From Macrostomum lignano (lineage: Eukaryota): DNA of 64,000 nucleotides. The stretch's first letter is position 1; every line of letters begins with the position of its first letter. This document shows positions 11,120-23,004 of this stretch, piece by piece. The notes beneath the pieces were generated by a model that was not told the DNA's origin, did no database searches, and worked only from the letters and a program-made list of their open reading frames with translations. The stretch covers positions 62,001-126,000 of the forward strand of contig NIVC01001942.1 of assembly GCA_002269645.1 (NCBI GenBank), in the 5' to 3' direction. The position numbers and the translations under genes are program-made.

Positions 11120-14100
11120 CACGGTTAGGCTGGGCACTGATATTGGGGAAAAAATTGCCACAAGATGGCACCTATGTACCATTAAACTACTGCCTTTCTG
11201 TAGTTCAGAAAGCCCACTCATTAAAATTCATGTGCCTATCTTTGTGTACAATCTGTGTACAATTGCTCTCATTAATTGCTCTCGTTAATAAGACAAGCAG
11301 AAATTTTTAGCAAGTGACAGACTCAATGTATACTTGTACAAAAAAGAGTACAAGATTACAAGAAGTTTATTTAGGTTAATGTTTGTGTAGTATTATTGCT
11401 TGTTTTACTTGTTAACTAGCTTGTAAGTTAGTAAGTTAAATAATTTTACGATTTCTAACATTACAAATTGTTTACATTTAAATACTCGGAAACAGCATGG
11501 GTTTTATAGAAAAATTTCGAAATAACTATATTCTTTTTGTGTAGCAAGTTCCTCAAATATTAACCAGAACTACATGCATTTCTGCAATAATATTGCAAGG
11601 TACGCTCGTATTAGCATATAAAGTAGCAAAAGTATGAAAGCTTTCTACAGTACAGGAGCTTGCAAAAATTTTAGTATTTTAAATTTATAGGGTCCTTTGA
11701 ATACTACTTTACTGTAAGACTAACAACCACTGCCATTTCTTTTACCGGTAAAGCAGAAAACCGAGTTACCGGGATTAAATGTGGTGGCTGTTGTAAGCAA
11801 CCACGGCGCGCAAAAGATTTTGGCCAAACTCAGCATGGTGCGCTGGCAGGCTGTACCGTGACCACGTTTTGGCAAAATCAGAGTGAACACTCTCCACTGC
11901 TTGCTCGCTGCAGCTGCCAAGCGCTTGCCCTGTCCGCCGGCAGAACTCTCCAACATGGCAAAAGACAACGTGAACTTTTGGGGTGACAGGCAAGCTTAAG
12001 CTCATGTAGGCCAGTCGAAAATTCTCAATTGCCTCTTCAAAGTCTGCCGCCAATTCGGTTCCAAAGGCACTGCTGACCAGCCGATCGAACGCCATCAGAC
12101 ACGCCCCGTACGGCTGTAATGGTGGAGGCAGATCAGCGTGAAGCTGCGGTGATTTGCGGAGCAGCTGGCGGCAGGCGTTTACTTCCATCATGCCACCTCT
12201 GTAATCAGCTCGAATAATGCCATGCTGATGAGCCCACTCGAACGCGCGATTCGCACCCCAAGCTTGGTTGAGCTTGTCCAGCAGTCGGTTGCTGACTCCA
12301 AGGAGCAGGTGCAGCTCAGGTGGCGGCAGAAGCATCAAAACTTCTTTGTCATCATCGCCTGGTAGCAGTGGCATGTTGACACAGTTTTTAAAGTTCTTTG
12401 CCTTTGCACAAACTTGGCCAGCTGCTTGAAACTGCTGAGCAAACTGCCGAATTCTCCCAAGAGTTCTTGGCACACCATTTTCTGTAAGAGGAGCCAGAGC
12501 TTCGCAATAGGGGCACGGATGTGTACAGGAATGAGGTTGCAGTCCGCAGATGATGTTTGCAACTTTCATATCTGCAGTGACTGGGATTTGAAGTTCGTTG
12601 ACAGCGATCGCCTCGAGCAGAGCCTGAATATTTCCGTAAGTCTCAGGAACGTCGTTGACGATCGCAAGCAACAGGATCTTCTTGACACCCGTGTCACAGA
12701 ATTTCCTGCTGTTGGCTCCTTGAGTTCCGATTTCGGGTTTTGCGTTAGAGCCAATTATCGAAACGCAAACTTTAAAAAATCCGCCGCCACCATCGAGACC
12801 CAGCAGACAGTGAAAATCATTGAAACTGCATTGCTGAGCAACATGTGCAATGAGTTTGACCGAGTCGTTGCAGACAACAGTCGGGCGGCAAATAGTGTCG
12901 GCTGTTGCGGCAGTCGAGGTCAGCTCCGAGAACTGGAGATTCTGGATGTCGAAGTAATCCTCTAATGCTCGATTTTGCTGTACCAAAATTTTCTTCAAGT
13001 TTGACTCGACTGCACGAGATGAGCTCGCGCCAGCACGAAGCACTTGAGCAGCCTGTAGCACTTGATTGTTGCTCAGATTCAGAGTTGTTTTCAAGTGCAT
13101 CATAGTGTCCGTCCTCGTTGGAGGAAAGCTCGCACTGCTGTTTTGAGCAACATGCACAGCAACTCGAATCGGATGGCCGCCTCGATGTCTGGCCAGAGTG
13201 ATCGAATTCGAATCCGCCGTCGACCCACCCGTCTTTTCGGCAATGCAGTTGCTGGCCAGCATCTCCCTTGTCCTTGGGCTGACTGTTTGCTCGATGTTAG
13301 TCACCTTAGCTGTCGAGTTGCATTTGTGCTATTTGCCACGCCCAACTGGAGAATGACAGTATGAGCAGGAAAGCACAGCCGTTGCTCCTTCAGCTGGCGC
13401 TGGGGATCTTTCGCGTGGTCGACCAGGTGGGGCTCGAGCAGGACCTGTTGTGTAAGGCGTCTTTGGATCGCTGCCTTTGTGGTGATTGCCACGAGCCATT
13501 TCGCACAGTTGGCAGTTGCAATCCAGTCTGCTTCTGGTGGCTGGAGGCAGACTCTTCATGTCGGCTATTATCTTCTCGTAATCTGGTCGCGGTGGCAGAG
13601 CACGAGGCGTCAGACTTCTTAGTGACGATAAAACGCGCCTGCAGCCCTGGCAAACTCCTTCAGGTAGAAAGTGCCGCACTGCCTCGTAGTCCTGGAACAA
13701 GTCGGCTGCCACGGATTCGAAATTAGAGCAAGAAGAAATCAGCGCAGAAGCTCGTCTCAAGCAGAGCAGGCACAAACTTTGCCTGTTCTCGTTATGAGTT
13801 TTTTTTGTCGTTGGCATTGTAGACAGTACAAGCTATGCAAACAGCTCTTTCAGTTCAGGCACTCGCTTGTTTTAGATCAAATAGAACTAGATCAAACCTT
13901 TATAAGTAAATTGAGCAGTATGATAACCAAGTTAACACACCTGGCAGAAATATTACAAAGCAATTATAGATAAGATACTACTGTGTTATTACTATTGATA
14001 AATTCCTCTTTATGACTGCAATTATAAGGCATAAGCTACCTGTGGTGCAGCGTTTTATTGCTCAAGCAGATATGGGGCAATATTTACTCCCAAAGTCCTT

Positions 14101-14325
14101 TGTGGTCTATTCATAATTATCATCTGATTAGCAAAAATTCTATTAGAGCAATAAAATATTTTGTTTTAAAGTGTACCGAAACATATAGTGCCATACACAG
14201 CAAAGATAGGCACATGAATTTTAATGAGTGGGCTTTCCAAACTACAGAAAGGCAGTAGTTTAATGGCACATAGGTGCCGTCTTGTGGCAATTTTTTCCTC
14301 AATATCAGTGCCCAGCCTAACCGTG
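11120..14325 (-). mobile_element. Chapaev (CMC superfamily) DNA transposon, nearly intact
   Basis: ~125-bp TIRs CACGGTTAGGCTGGGCACTGATATTG...; 3-bp TSD ATA on both sides; CAC...GTG termini. Confidence 0.85.
11775..13817 (-). pseudogene. Chapaev transposase (~680 codons) with a single in-frame TAG at 13329-13331
   Basis: Track ORFs 13329-13817 and 11775-13304 are in the same frame (GK*HKCNSTAKVTNIE). N-terminal H-X7-C-X2-C...C-X2-C...CxC-X2-C; DDE core LDGGGG, ADMK...CPYC, TPKVH...SEQAVESVH. Confidence 0.82.
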
Positions 14326-15046
14326 ATAGTCATTGGCAACTAGTATACCAACTATTGCCTACCTGAAGTGCTAAGTGCCACCTAAGGACTCAAGCTTAGG
14401 AGTGCTTTTTTTAACCTTTCCAGCAATATAAAATCAAACCTAGATTATGATAACTTAAACCAAGTTATAATTTATGATAAAATAAACCAAGTTTCTTGTG
14501 CCAAGTTTATAGGCATCCAGTCTAATTTCTAATAGGATTAGACATATGAATTGCATACATGGTTCTGATAGTAATGGCAATGATAATAGCATTGACAAAA
14601 AATTACTAGCAGGGTGCACATGGATAACTTCTCTTCTGATCCAATTGGCAAGGCAAATATTATGTTTGCAAAGCTTGTAGCTTGTTATTTGCTTTAAAAA
14701 CTATTTCAAGTTTTTTCAAGAAAAGCTTTCTATTTGAATTGCAATTACAGTATGATTTTGTCACTGAGAAGTTCTGGCATCGAAAGAAATAAATTGAAAA
14801 AATCACTGCATTTCATCGATAATATCTGTTATGGAATAATCATGATGCATCTTATTTGGCTTTCTTGATCTGATCAGCTTTGTATATTAGTAGAATGTCC
14901 CGCGACTTACAGTGTCTTGCTAAGATGTGTTCTGCATACTCTGTGTCTGCACCTATTAATCTTATTTCTTATTTCTTATTCCATATAAGATATCTAAGTT
15001 GGCAGTGGATAAAATCAAAACCTTTTTGCATGCAAAAAGTCTAACA

Positions 15047-15280
15047 ATGCTTATCAAGGTGAAAACCCTGACTGGCAAGGAGATCGAAATTGACATCGAG
15101 CCAACGGACAAGGTCGAGCGCATCAAGGAGCGAGTCGAAGAGAAGGAGGGCATCCCGCCGCCCCAGCAGAGGCTGATCTTCTCCGGGAAGCAGATGAACG
15201 ACACAATGACTGCGGAAGAGCTGAAAATCACTGGCGGCTCGGTGCTTCACCTGGTGTTGGCCCTGCGCGGCGGCTGCTAG
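15047..15280 (+). CDS. NEDD8: NEDD8 ubiquitin-like protein, 77 aa, intronless CDS
   Basis: [38 protein letters not shown]...[11 protein letters not shown]. Confidence 0.95.
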   Translation: MLIKVKTLTGKEIEIDIEPTDKVERIKERVEEKEGIPPPQQRLIFSGKQMNDTMTAEELKITGGSVLHLVLALRGGC

Positions 15281-15854
15281 AGATGCTTATTCAGTAGGAC
15301 TCTCGCTTATGCCTCTATCTCCTCCCCCGTGAACTTTTTTGTGTTAGATTGTTATTACTCGCAAGTAGACAGTACAGAGGGGAATTATAATCTAATTCAA
15401 TTTGGCATAACATAGCATATTTGAACCGGCTCTTGGACAGTCCGACAGTTGACTGAATTCATAAATATACTGAGCTGAAGCGTTTGCTTGTGTCGCTTAA
15501 AATCGGCGTACAATGCTTTCAAGTTATATCCAGTGCGCCCGGATTTCTTTTATATTTATATATAAATAGAACATCGGCAATTTTCATTTGTCCGCCTATG
15601 CTGTATATCCTATCCACTTGAAGCTGTCGTAGTTGCAAATAAAATAAGTGAATTTCTCGTTGTGCGGATACTTGTACATGCATTAATTTTTATTATTTTG
15701 TGTCTACTATGCAATTAAAGGTTACAGAGACTTCTAATGTTTACTATTTAAGTCATTTTTGAATGAATTGGTGTGGGTTATATATGAATTGATGATTGCA
15801 TTTGATTATATTACTTATAAAGTAGTAAATTACAGAACAATTTGCAGGAGGGCT

Positions 15855-16085
15855 GTGGGCACCCTGGCGCAACGCCTTCGGCTACATCGTCCCGCGCACA
15901 AGCGCTGACGGCAATTCTGCCCATCCCGCTGAGTCCTGAGCACATGCAAGCGCGCCAATGCTGTACGCAGGCACAGCACTCATGCAGACGCTCACACAGG
16001 GTGTACAGCGGCCCTGACTTTCTAATCCTGTCAAGCATGTGCACTCTGTGCCTTGTGGGCTGGCCTTCATGGGTGTAAACTAGCC
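15855..16085 (-). mobile_element. SINE family 2, 3' part
   Basis: Shares AGGGCCGCTGTACAC..TGTGTGAG and GCTCAGG..(G)ATGGGCAG..TTGCC blocks with 39050-39335 and 56140-56480. Confidence 0.65.
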
Positions 16086-16849
16086 CGTATGTCTTAGATT
16101 GAATGAATTTATTCTGCAGTTCTTTGTAAGTTGACTTCAATATTTTATTTTGAAATTAGATTCTAAAAGAATTAGCTTTTTGAAGGGTTCTAAATAGGTC
16201 TGTAGATAGATTAGGTCCACAAAATTATTAAAAATATTTACCGACAAGTTACTCAAAGACTCCAGAAAGACTGATGAGCGATTGTTTCTAGGAAAGTCGA
16301 GCAGGTTTTGAGCATTGAGACGAATTACGTGTTCAGACGCTGGTGAGACTCACCGCCTCTACCGGAAAGCAGTGCAGCCACGCAAAATTTTTAATAGCTC
16401 TCGTTCTAGACTTGATTAACAAGCAGAACAATAAGTGCCAGTTTGTTTTTTCCGAGGTTGATTCTTAAATTTAGCAATTGCTTTTCCTGAAATGCTACTG
16501 GAAACCGGCGAGAAAGCTAAGTTCCGGCGAAATTTATTTAGTGTATCTTTTTCTTAAACCTAAACGAAGTTTTTTATAATGAAACCTCTTGTTTACTAAA
16601 TTAAATCATATTTGCGCTAGACGTCAATCTTTCAACTTCCTGTAAAAAATCTGTCGATATTCCTACCGGACAAAGACATTTTCTGCATTCAGTTATTAAC
16701 TAGTAGCTTCAACAGGTGGCATCGGGTGACTATGGACACCTTGTTGCGAATTTCTGTAGTCTGTTTTCAGAGTCTGAGAACGACCCGGAGTTTGAAGTTT
16801 GCCCATTATTGATGCTTTGGTCAGTGACATAAAAAAATTGCAACAGTTG

Positions 16850-17360
16850 TCTATAGTCGCAGCTAGTGTCATTTATTGGAGGTTCTGAAGCTTACTTATG
16901 CTTGAGAGACTAGCTGAGGATGTCCAGCAGTGGCTTGAGAAATTAGAGAAATTCGCAACAGGGTTGTCCTTATAGTTACCTGGTGCCACCTGTTGAATGT
17001 TCAGAAGCTCTGCCTGGGTGAAGGCTGTGAAGTGACCAACGAAGTCAGGACTAGGCTGATGCAGACATGTGGTCGACGTGCTGATGAAATTTGGAGGCTT
17101 GGCAAGGCTGCTCTGACGCGCAGTGCTGATTGGGGTACAAGTGATAGCGCTATTTTGGAAAAAATCCGACCGTCTGGCAGAATTGTCGAATACCTCGACG
17201 GTCCGGAGGGCTGGCGACTTGATTCTTGTTGGAGGTGCGCAACAAAGAGCTCGCCTGTATTCTGGATTTTCGTGTACCTACGTTGCTCCGTTCCAGCGCA
17301 GCAAAAAACTGTCGGGGTGGGAGGGCCCCCACTTGGTACGAGCTAGTTCAATGAACATAA
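16850..17360 (+). mobile_element. Possible degenerate Gypsy integrase C-terminal remnant
   Basis: Fragmentary motif RAGDLILV...SKKL.GWEGPHLV; frameshifted; no LTRs seen. Confidence 0.3.
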
Positions 17361-18174
17361 AAGTGGCTAATTGGTATTCCTTCGGTTAATTGGATTTTCA
17401 CAATATAACTTCTGCTAAATTCTCCTCTGTCTGTATTATCCTATTGCATGATTGATTGAATTGTCAACTACTTCTTTCATTCATCTAGCTTTAGTTTTTG
17501 TGACCTGGTAAATAGCGTCAATTTATCTCGCATCTAGTGTTTATAGCATATTCAATCTCTTGCTCTTATCAATCTTTCGGGATAAGATAAAGATAATAGA
17601 AATAGTTTTTTGTGTGTGGCCCATCTGCAATGGCACATAGGCCTAATACACTGCAGAAGTGGCTGCATGCCACTTTTCCAGAAGGAACAATATATAATGT
17701 GCGGCAAAGGACACAGAAGCCCGACAATGCCTATAGATTTATATTTAATTCGACTGTTTAACTCTCGTTTGGTAATCAATCAATAAGCGCCTGCCTGCTC
17801 GTGGAATATCTGGAACAAGGCCGCCGATGGAATTTCAGTTCGGTTTCGCATTCTATTCTTAAAGGACCGTTCGCTGAATATGTGAATAATTTGCTAACTT
17901 ATTTGCGCGGAATTTCTAAGGAATTAAAGGTCACGCTGCCTCTGCGGCACGACCACTGTTGTTCATTTTAAAGTTCTCTCTGAAGGGTACGTATGGGAGA
18001 GTGATTTTTAAACCTGTGCTTTTTTACACTTATCAAAGAGATTAGTTCCGACGAGATTTAAAAATATCTTTTTCCGACCGTGAAGGACAACTGACTGGTT
18101 ACAATACGAGCGTATAAATTCTCTAAAATATTTAATGTAGCTTAAGGGGATTGATAGGTCTTCGGCGACACTCG

Positions 18175-19085
18175 TAGATTCCCAGAGACTGTCCGCCACC
18201 CTCTCAGATTCCAGAGGTTGTCCGCCACCCTCCCAGATTTCCAGAAGTTGCCCACTATCCTCCCAGATTTCCAGAAGTTGCCCACTATCCTCCCAGATTT
18301 CCAGAAGTTGCCCACTATCCTCCCAGATTTCCAGAAGTTGCCCACTATCCTCCAGATTCCCAGAAGTTGCCCACTATCCTCCCAGATTCCCAGAAGTTGC
18401 CCACTATCCTCCCAGATTCCCAGAAGTTGCCCACTATCCTCCCAGATTCCCCGAGGTTGTCCGCCACCCTCACAGATTCCCAGAGGTTGTCCGGCCGCCA
18501 CGCTCTCAGATTCCCAGAGGTTGTCCGGCCACCACGCTCTCAGATTCCCAGAGGTTGTCCGGCCGCCACGCTCTCAGATTCCCAGAGGTTGTCCGGCCGC
18601 CACGCTCTCAGATTCCCAGAGGTTGTCCGGCCGCCACGCTCTCAGATTCCCAGAGGTTGTCCGGCCGCCACGCTCTCAGATTCCAGAGGTTGTCCGGCCG
18701 CCACGCTCTCAGATTCCCAGAGGTTGTCCGGCCGCCACGCTCTCAGATTCCCAGAGGTTGTCCGGCCGCCACCCTCTCAGATTCCCAGAGGTTGTCCGGC
18801 CGCCACGCTCTCAGATTCCCAGAGGTTGTCCGGCCGCCACGCTCTCAGATTCCCAGAGGTTGTCCGGCCGCCACGCTCTCAGATTCCCAGAGGTTGTCCG
18901 CCATCCTCCCAGATTCCATGAGGTTGTCCGCCATCCTCCCAGATTCCAGAGGTTGTCCGCCATCCTCCAGATTCCATGAGGTTGTCCGCCATCCTCCCAG
19001 ATTCCATGATTGTCCGCCATCCTCCCAGATTCCATGAGGTTGTCCGCCACCCAGATTACAAGAGGTTGTCCTGTCCGGCCTCCTC
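18175..19085. repeat. Composite minisatellite (29-34 bp units)
   Basis: CCCAGATTTCCAGAAGTTGCCCACTATCCT grading into CTCAGATTCCCAGAGGTTGTCCGGCCGCCACGCT; the overlapping ORFs here are repeat artefacts. Confidence 0.92.
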
Positions 19086-19339
19086 TCAGATTTCCAGAGG
19101 CTGCCCACACCCTCCCCATGTCTTACCCCGGTTAAAATTACTGAACTAGCTAGCAACAGTTTTATATCTTTACTTTACTCTGCCAAGTTCCTTTAGAAAA
19201 CCTGTCAATATGCGCCCGCACGGTCTGCCCGGACCTGCAAAGCATCAAATAGGTTAAAGCATTTTCAGCTCCAATTTCATTAGCCTTCTTCAAGTCCGCG
19301 TTTACGCTACGAGTTGTGTATAGATTCGCATCGCATGAG

Positions 19340-19814
19340 NNNNNNNNNNNNNNNNNNNNNNNNNNNNNNNNNNNNNNNNNNNNNNNNNNNNNNNNNNNNN
19401 NNNNNNNNNNNNNNNNNNNNNNNNNNNNNNNNNNNNNNNNNNNNNNNNNNNNNNNNNNNNNNNNNNNNNNNNNNNNNNNNNNNNNNNNNNNNNNNNNNNN
19501 NNNNNNNNNNNNNNNNNNNNNNNNNNNNNNNNNNNNNNNNNNNNNNNNNNNNNNNNNNNNNNNNNNNNNNNNNNNNNNNNNNNNNNNNNNNNNNNNNNNN
19601 NNNNNNNNNNNNNNNNNNNNNNNNNNNNNNNNNNNNNNNNNNNNNNNNNNNNNNNNNNNNNNNNNNNNNNNNNNNNNNNNNNNNNNNNNNNNNNNNNNNN
19701 NNNNNNNNNNNNNNNNNNNNNNNNNNNNNNNNNNNNNNNNNNNNNNNNNNNNNNNNNNNNNNNNNNNNNNNNNNNNNNNNNNNNNNNNNNNNNNNNNNNN
19801 NNNNNNNNNNNNNN
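19340..19814. other. Assembly gap (475 N)
   Basis: Run of N. Confidence 0.99.
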
Positions 19815-21721
19815 AAGGTGCAAAATTGTGATTTTTTGCAAAAAACGCTTCGCACCCTAACTTTTTCAACCTTAGTTTTCCTTAGTCTCAATGCTCACTT
19901 TGAATGACCCGGAAGCTGTCCATACGAAGATTATCTTCGAAGTCGCATTGACATAATTTTTTGAGTAGAATTGTTTCCTTGCATAAATTAAATATATGAA
20001 TAATTTTGTTACAACCTCACATGAAAAACACGCGCAATGCATTCACAGTCAGCAATATGTTAAAGATTCCACCCCGAAAGCAGTTCTGGGTGGAAACTTG
20101 AACATGTCGGGTTGTACAATGACAAACAATCATCATAAGTATAGAGTCTGAGTAAAGCAATCTGATGCTCTAGCCGTTGTTATGCTGCTGTTAAGCACTG
20201 TAAACTATTTTTAATAGGCCTAGCTGCCCAACACGCCTAGCACAAAAGCGATTTGCCTTATTCTTAACGGTCCTTCAACTGCACTGAGCGATGCGAGTTC
20301 TCCCAGAGCCAAATCGCCAGCCGTGGTTACTGTCAGAACCGGGCTGGCCAGCTATTCATCAGGGCCAAAACGGAATCAGCTCCTCTTGTTTTTAGCTGAC
20401 TTTTAACATCGAATGCTGCTTTGCCGCAACAATTGCGCAGAATCTGTGAGCTGGCGCCCGGATGCAGAGGCTTGCAGAGGCTGATAAGGACAATGGACGC
20501 GACCCGATGGTGATTCGGCATTCCTGTTAAGCCGAGCCAAACAGGGGCGGGGGCTCTGGGTGATTTGCTTTTGAAAAAAACGTTCTGGCCCTAGCAACTG
20601 AAACATTTGGAGCAAGAGCTTTCACTTAATATTGCCAGTTTCTTCCAGAAGAAGAAGCAGAGACCGGATAGTCCCGCCTTCGAACTCCGACATCAGTCAT
20701 TTTTTGTCATTTTTTACCCAGCTTTCCTTTTTTAAGAAGTTAAAAATCTGTCAACTCTCTTAGATCCCTGTTTCAACAGCGGCACAGATAATTTCTGTCC
20801 TGGACCGGCCCGGATGAAAGCCAAGTCTCTTCAGGAATGGATGGCTCCGGCAGGCAAAAGTTGTTGATAATTTGGGAAGGAGAGAAGAAGGAAGGATAGA
20901 TTCGCAGATAGGAGGGGAGTCTGGAGGGGGGTGGCACGGAGCTAATTATCCCAGTCTAAGCTTTTTTGTTCAGCAGCAGAACTAGGTCTTTGTTTGCCCG
21001 ACAAGCAATGCGAGCGACTTGCTAAATGATATTCTCTAGACATTCGTGAGGGGGGGGGACTCCGGATAGCAGAGAGGTCACCGTGCGTTTCTTTTCGATG
21101 CAGAATGAGCTGAATAATAATGGCAGCGATAACCCGACTGCTTTCGGAAGTTTCCGTTAACTGATGGAGAGCTCCGATAGCGCGGGCCGCAAAGCTTGGA
21201 AGCTGGAAAAGAGTTCCTGGTTCTTCCTCCCCTTTGGCAGCGAGTATCCTCTCGTTGGACTGGCCCGCCAATTCCAAGAGGCTATCATCGAAGGTCTTTG
21301 TTTCCACACTGGACCCACTCCTTCAAGTCCTTGAGGACAAGAGGCCCCCGGCCCTATAGGACAGGCATATATATATCTAGAGACAGAAGTGACGGATATC
21401 GTCGCCATTCTAAATATAGCCTAATTGTTAATCACTCACTCCACATTCGCCCCGGGTCCGCTGTTAATTATTGGGGTTCCGCTTGCGTTTTCCACTTGAG
21501 AAAAATTCCTTTTTTTAAATCTTGCATTTTCTGCTCTTAGCGGGTGACTACTGAATTAGTGCTTATATGCTGTGCTAGAATTGTGCGGGATTAGTCAGAT
21601 AGGATACTAATTTTGTCAGATTAATATTATCTTTATCAATTCAACATTAGGCTCATCAGATTAACATTGGGTTTATCAGATTAATATTAGGTTTATAAAG
21701 TCAATATAAAACCCTCGGGTC

Positions 21722-22282
21722 TCAAATTCAACACTCAGACTCAGATCACAACTGCAGCCCTCAGATCCAAACTGCAGCCCTCGGATCCCAAATGCAACCC
21801 TCAGATCCCAAATTCAACCCTGAGATCCCAAATTCAACCCTCAGATTCCAAAATGCAACCCTGAGATTCCAAAATGCAACCCTGAGATTCCAAAATGCAA
21901 CTCTCAGATTCCAAAATGCAACCCTCAGATTCCAAAATGCAACTCTCAGATTTCAAAATGCAACCCTCAGATTCCAAAATGCAACCCTCAGATTCCAAAA
22001 TGCAACTCTCAGATTCCAAAATGCAACCCTCAGATTCCAAAATGCAACTCTCAGATTCCAAAATGCAACCCTCAGATTCCAAAATGCAACTCTCAGATTT
22101 CAAAATGCAACCCTCAGATTCCAAAATACAACTCTCAGATTCCAAAATGCAACTCTCAGATTTCAAAATGCAACCCTCAGATTCCAAAATACAACCCTCA
22201 GATCCCAAATTCAACCCTGAGATCCCAAATTCAACCCTGAGATCCCAAATTCAACCCTCAGATCCCTAATTCAACCCTCAAA
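21722..22282. repeat. 21-bp minisatellite upstream of Irx
   Basis: CCCTCAGATTCCAAAATGCAA tandem units. Confidence 0.92.
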
Positions 22283-23004
22283 TCCCCTCTTTTACTCACA
22301 GCTAAGTTTTCATCTGAGTATCTAATATTTCATATTGAAGGAGCAAGCAGACTGTGGATGGTTGACAGAAAAGACACTCAAAGCCGCAGCCATCGGGATC
22401 ATAAACCACCCGCAGCCCATGCTGGAGGGGGGGGTGCGGTGGTTTCGCTAGTGAAAATAGCGAATTCCAAGGGGCAATTTATCATAATTGTCTCCCCAGA
22501 ACCTCCACCACCCAAACCCCCCATTCGGTTCCTTCTTGCGCCACCCCTCCCCCTTCCTTAAAATCGGGTCCCCCCAAGTTTTACAGCCAGCCAAGACTTC
22601 CTTTGCAGTTAATTGGCAATTGAAAAGCCAGCACTGAGCCTCAACCTGAGCTAGGAAACTCCTGCCTCTTCTGGCAAGAAACCAAAGTCCGCGATAATGG
22701 TCAGAAATTAATTGGGGCAATAGGAGACTATGGGGAGGACCCGAATGGTGAAACTGACTGGCTGGCGTTGCTTCATCATTGGTTGCTGGCGTTTTGGATC
22801 CACCAGCGGATCCACCAGCGGGATCCAATGGCGGCGCGCAGAGGGTCTTCAGCCGGGGTTGGCGCGGACCCTGCCGGATGGAGTCTGCCTGGATTTGCCT
22901 TTTTCTTCCCAACACGAAGGGCGGCACTGCGGGACAGCCTCCCGGATTTCCTAAACTTTGCGTTGGTGTTCAAAATCATAAGCGCTGCGCCCACTGCCTG
23001 ACCA

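Larger units (their letters stand above)
10300..14400 (+). mobile_element. Heavily mutated mariner transposon, split by the Chapaev insertion (parts ~10300-11119 and 14329-14400)
   Basis: Remnant motifs FE*F, EHSSWP (ERSGRP), MIEDDARVTV, **VPH (RWVPH), S*IYSFNPLTKQ, QMVAIF; the reading continues across the insertion (HI|VIGN*YTNYCLPEVL). The left boundary is approximate. Confidence 0.78.

Noticed and set aside
10594-14343. APOBEC3G-type editing as the cause of TGG-to-TAG changes
   Set aside because: These are DNA transposons, both strands are affected, and other hits have a 5' A or G; the constant feature is the 3' A.
1680-14760. Fungal contamination as the source of the RIP-like block
   Set aside because: The block is contiguous with metazoan genes on both sides and a second such block lies between CLHC1 and INPP5F. 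A chimeric join cannot be fully excluded without reads.
18142-19156. Long repetitive ORFs on both strands (e.g. 253 aa, 184 aa)
   Set aside because: They are translations of a minisatellite that is open in several frames; no splice context or domain.
19162-19907. ORFs spanning the N run
   Set aside because: Artefacts of the assembly gap.
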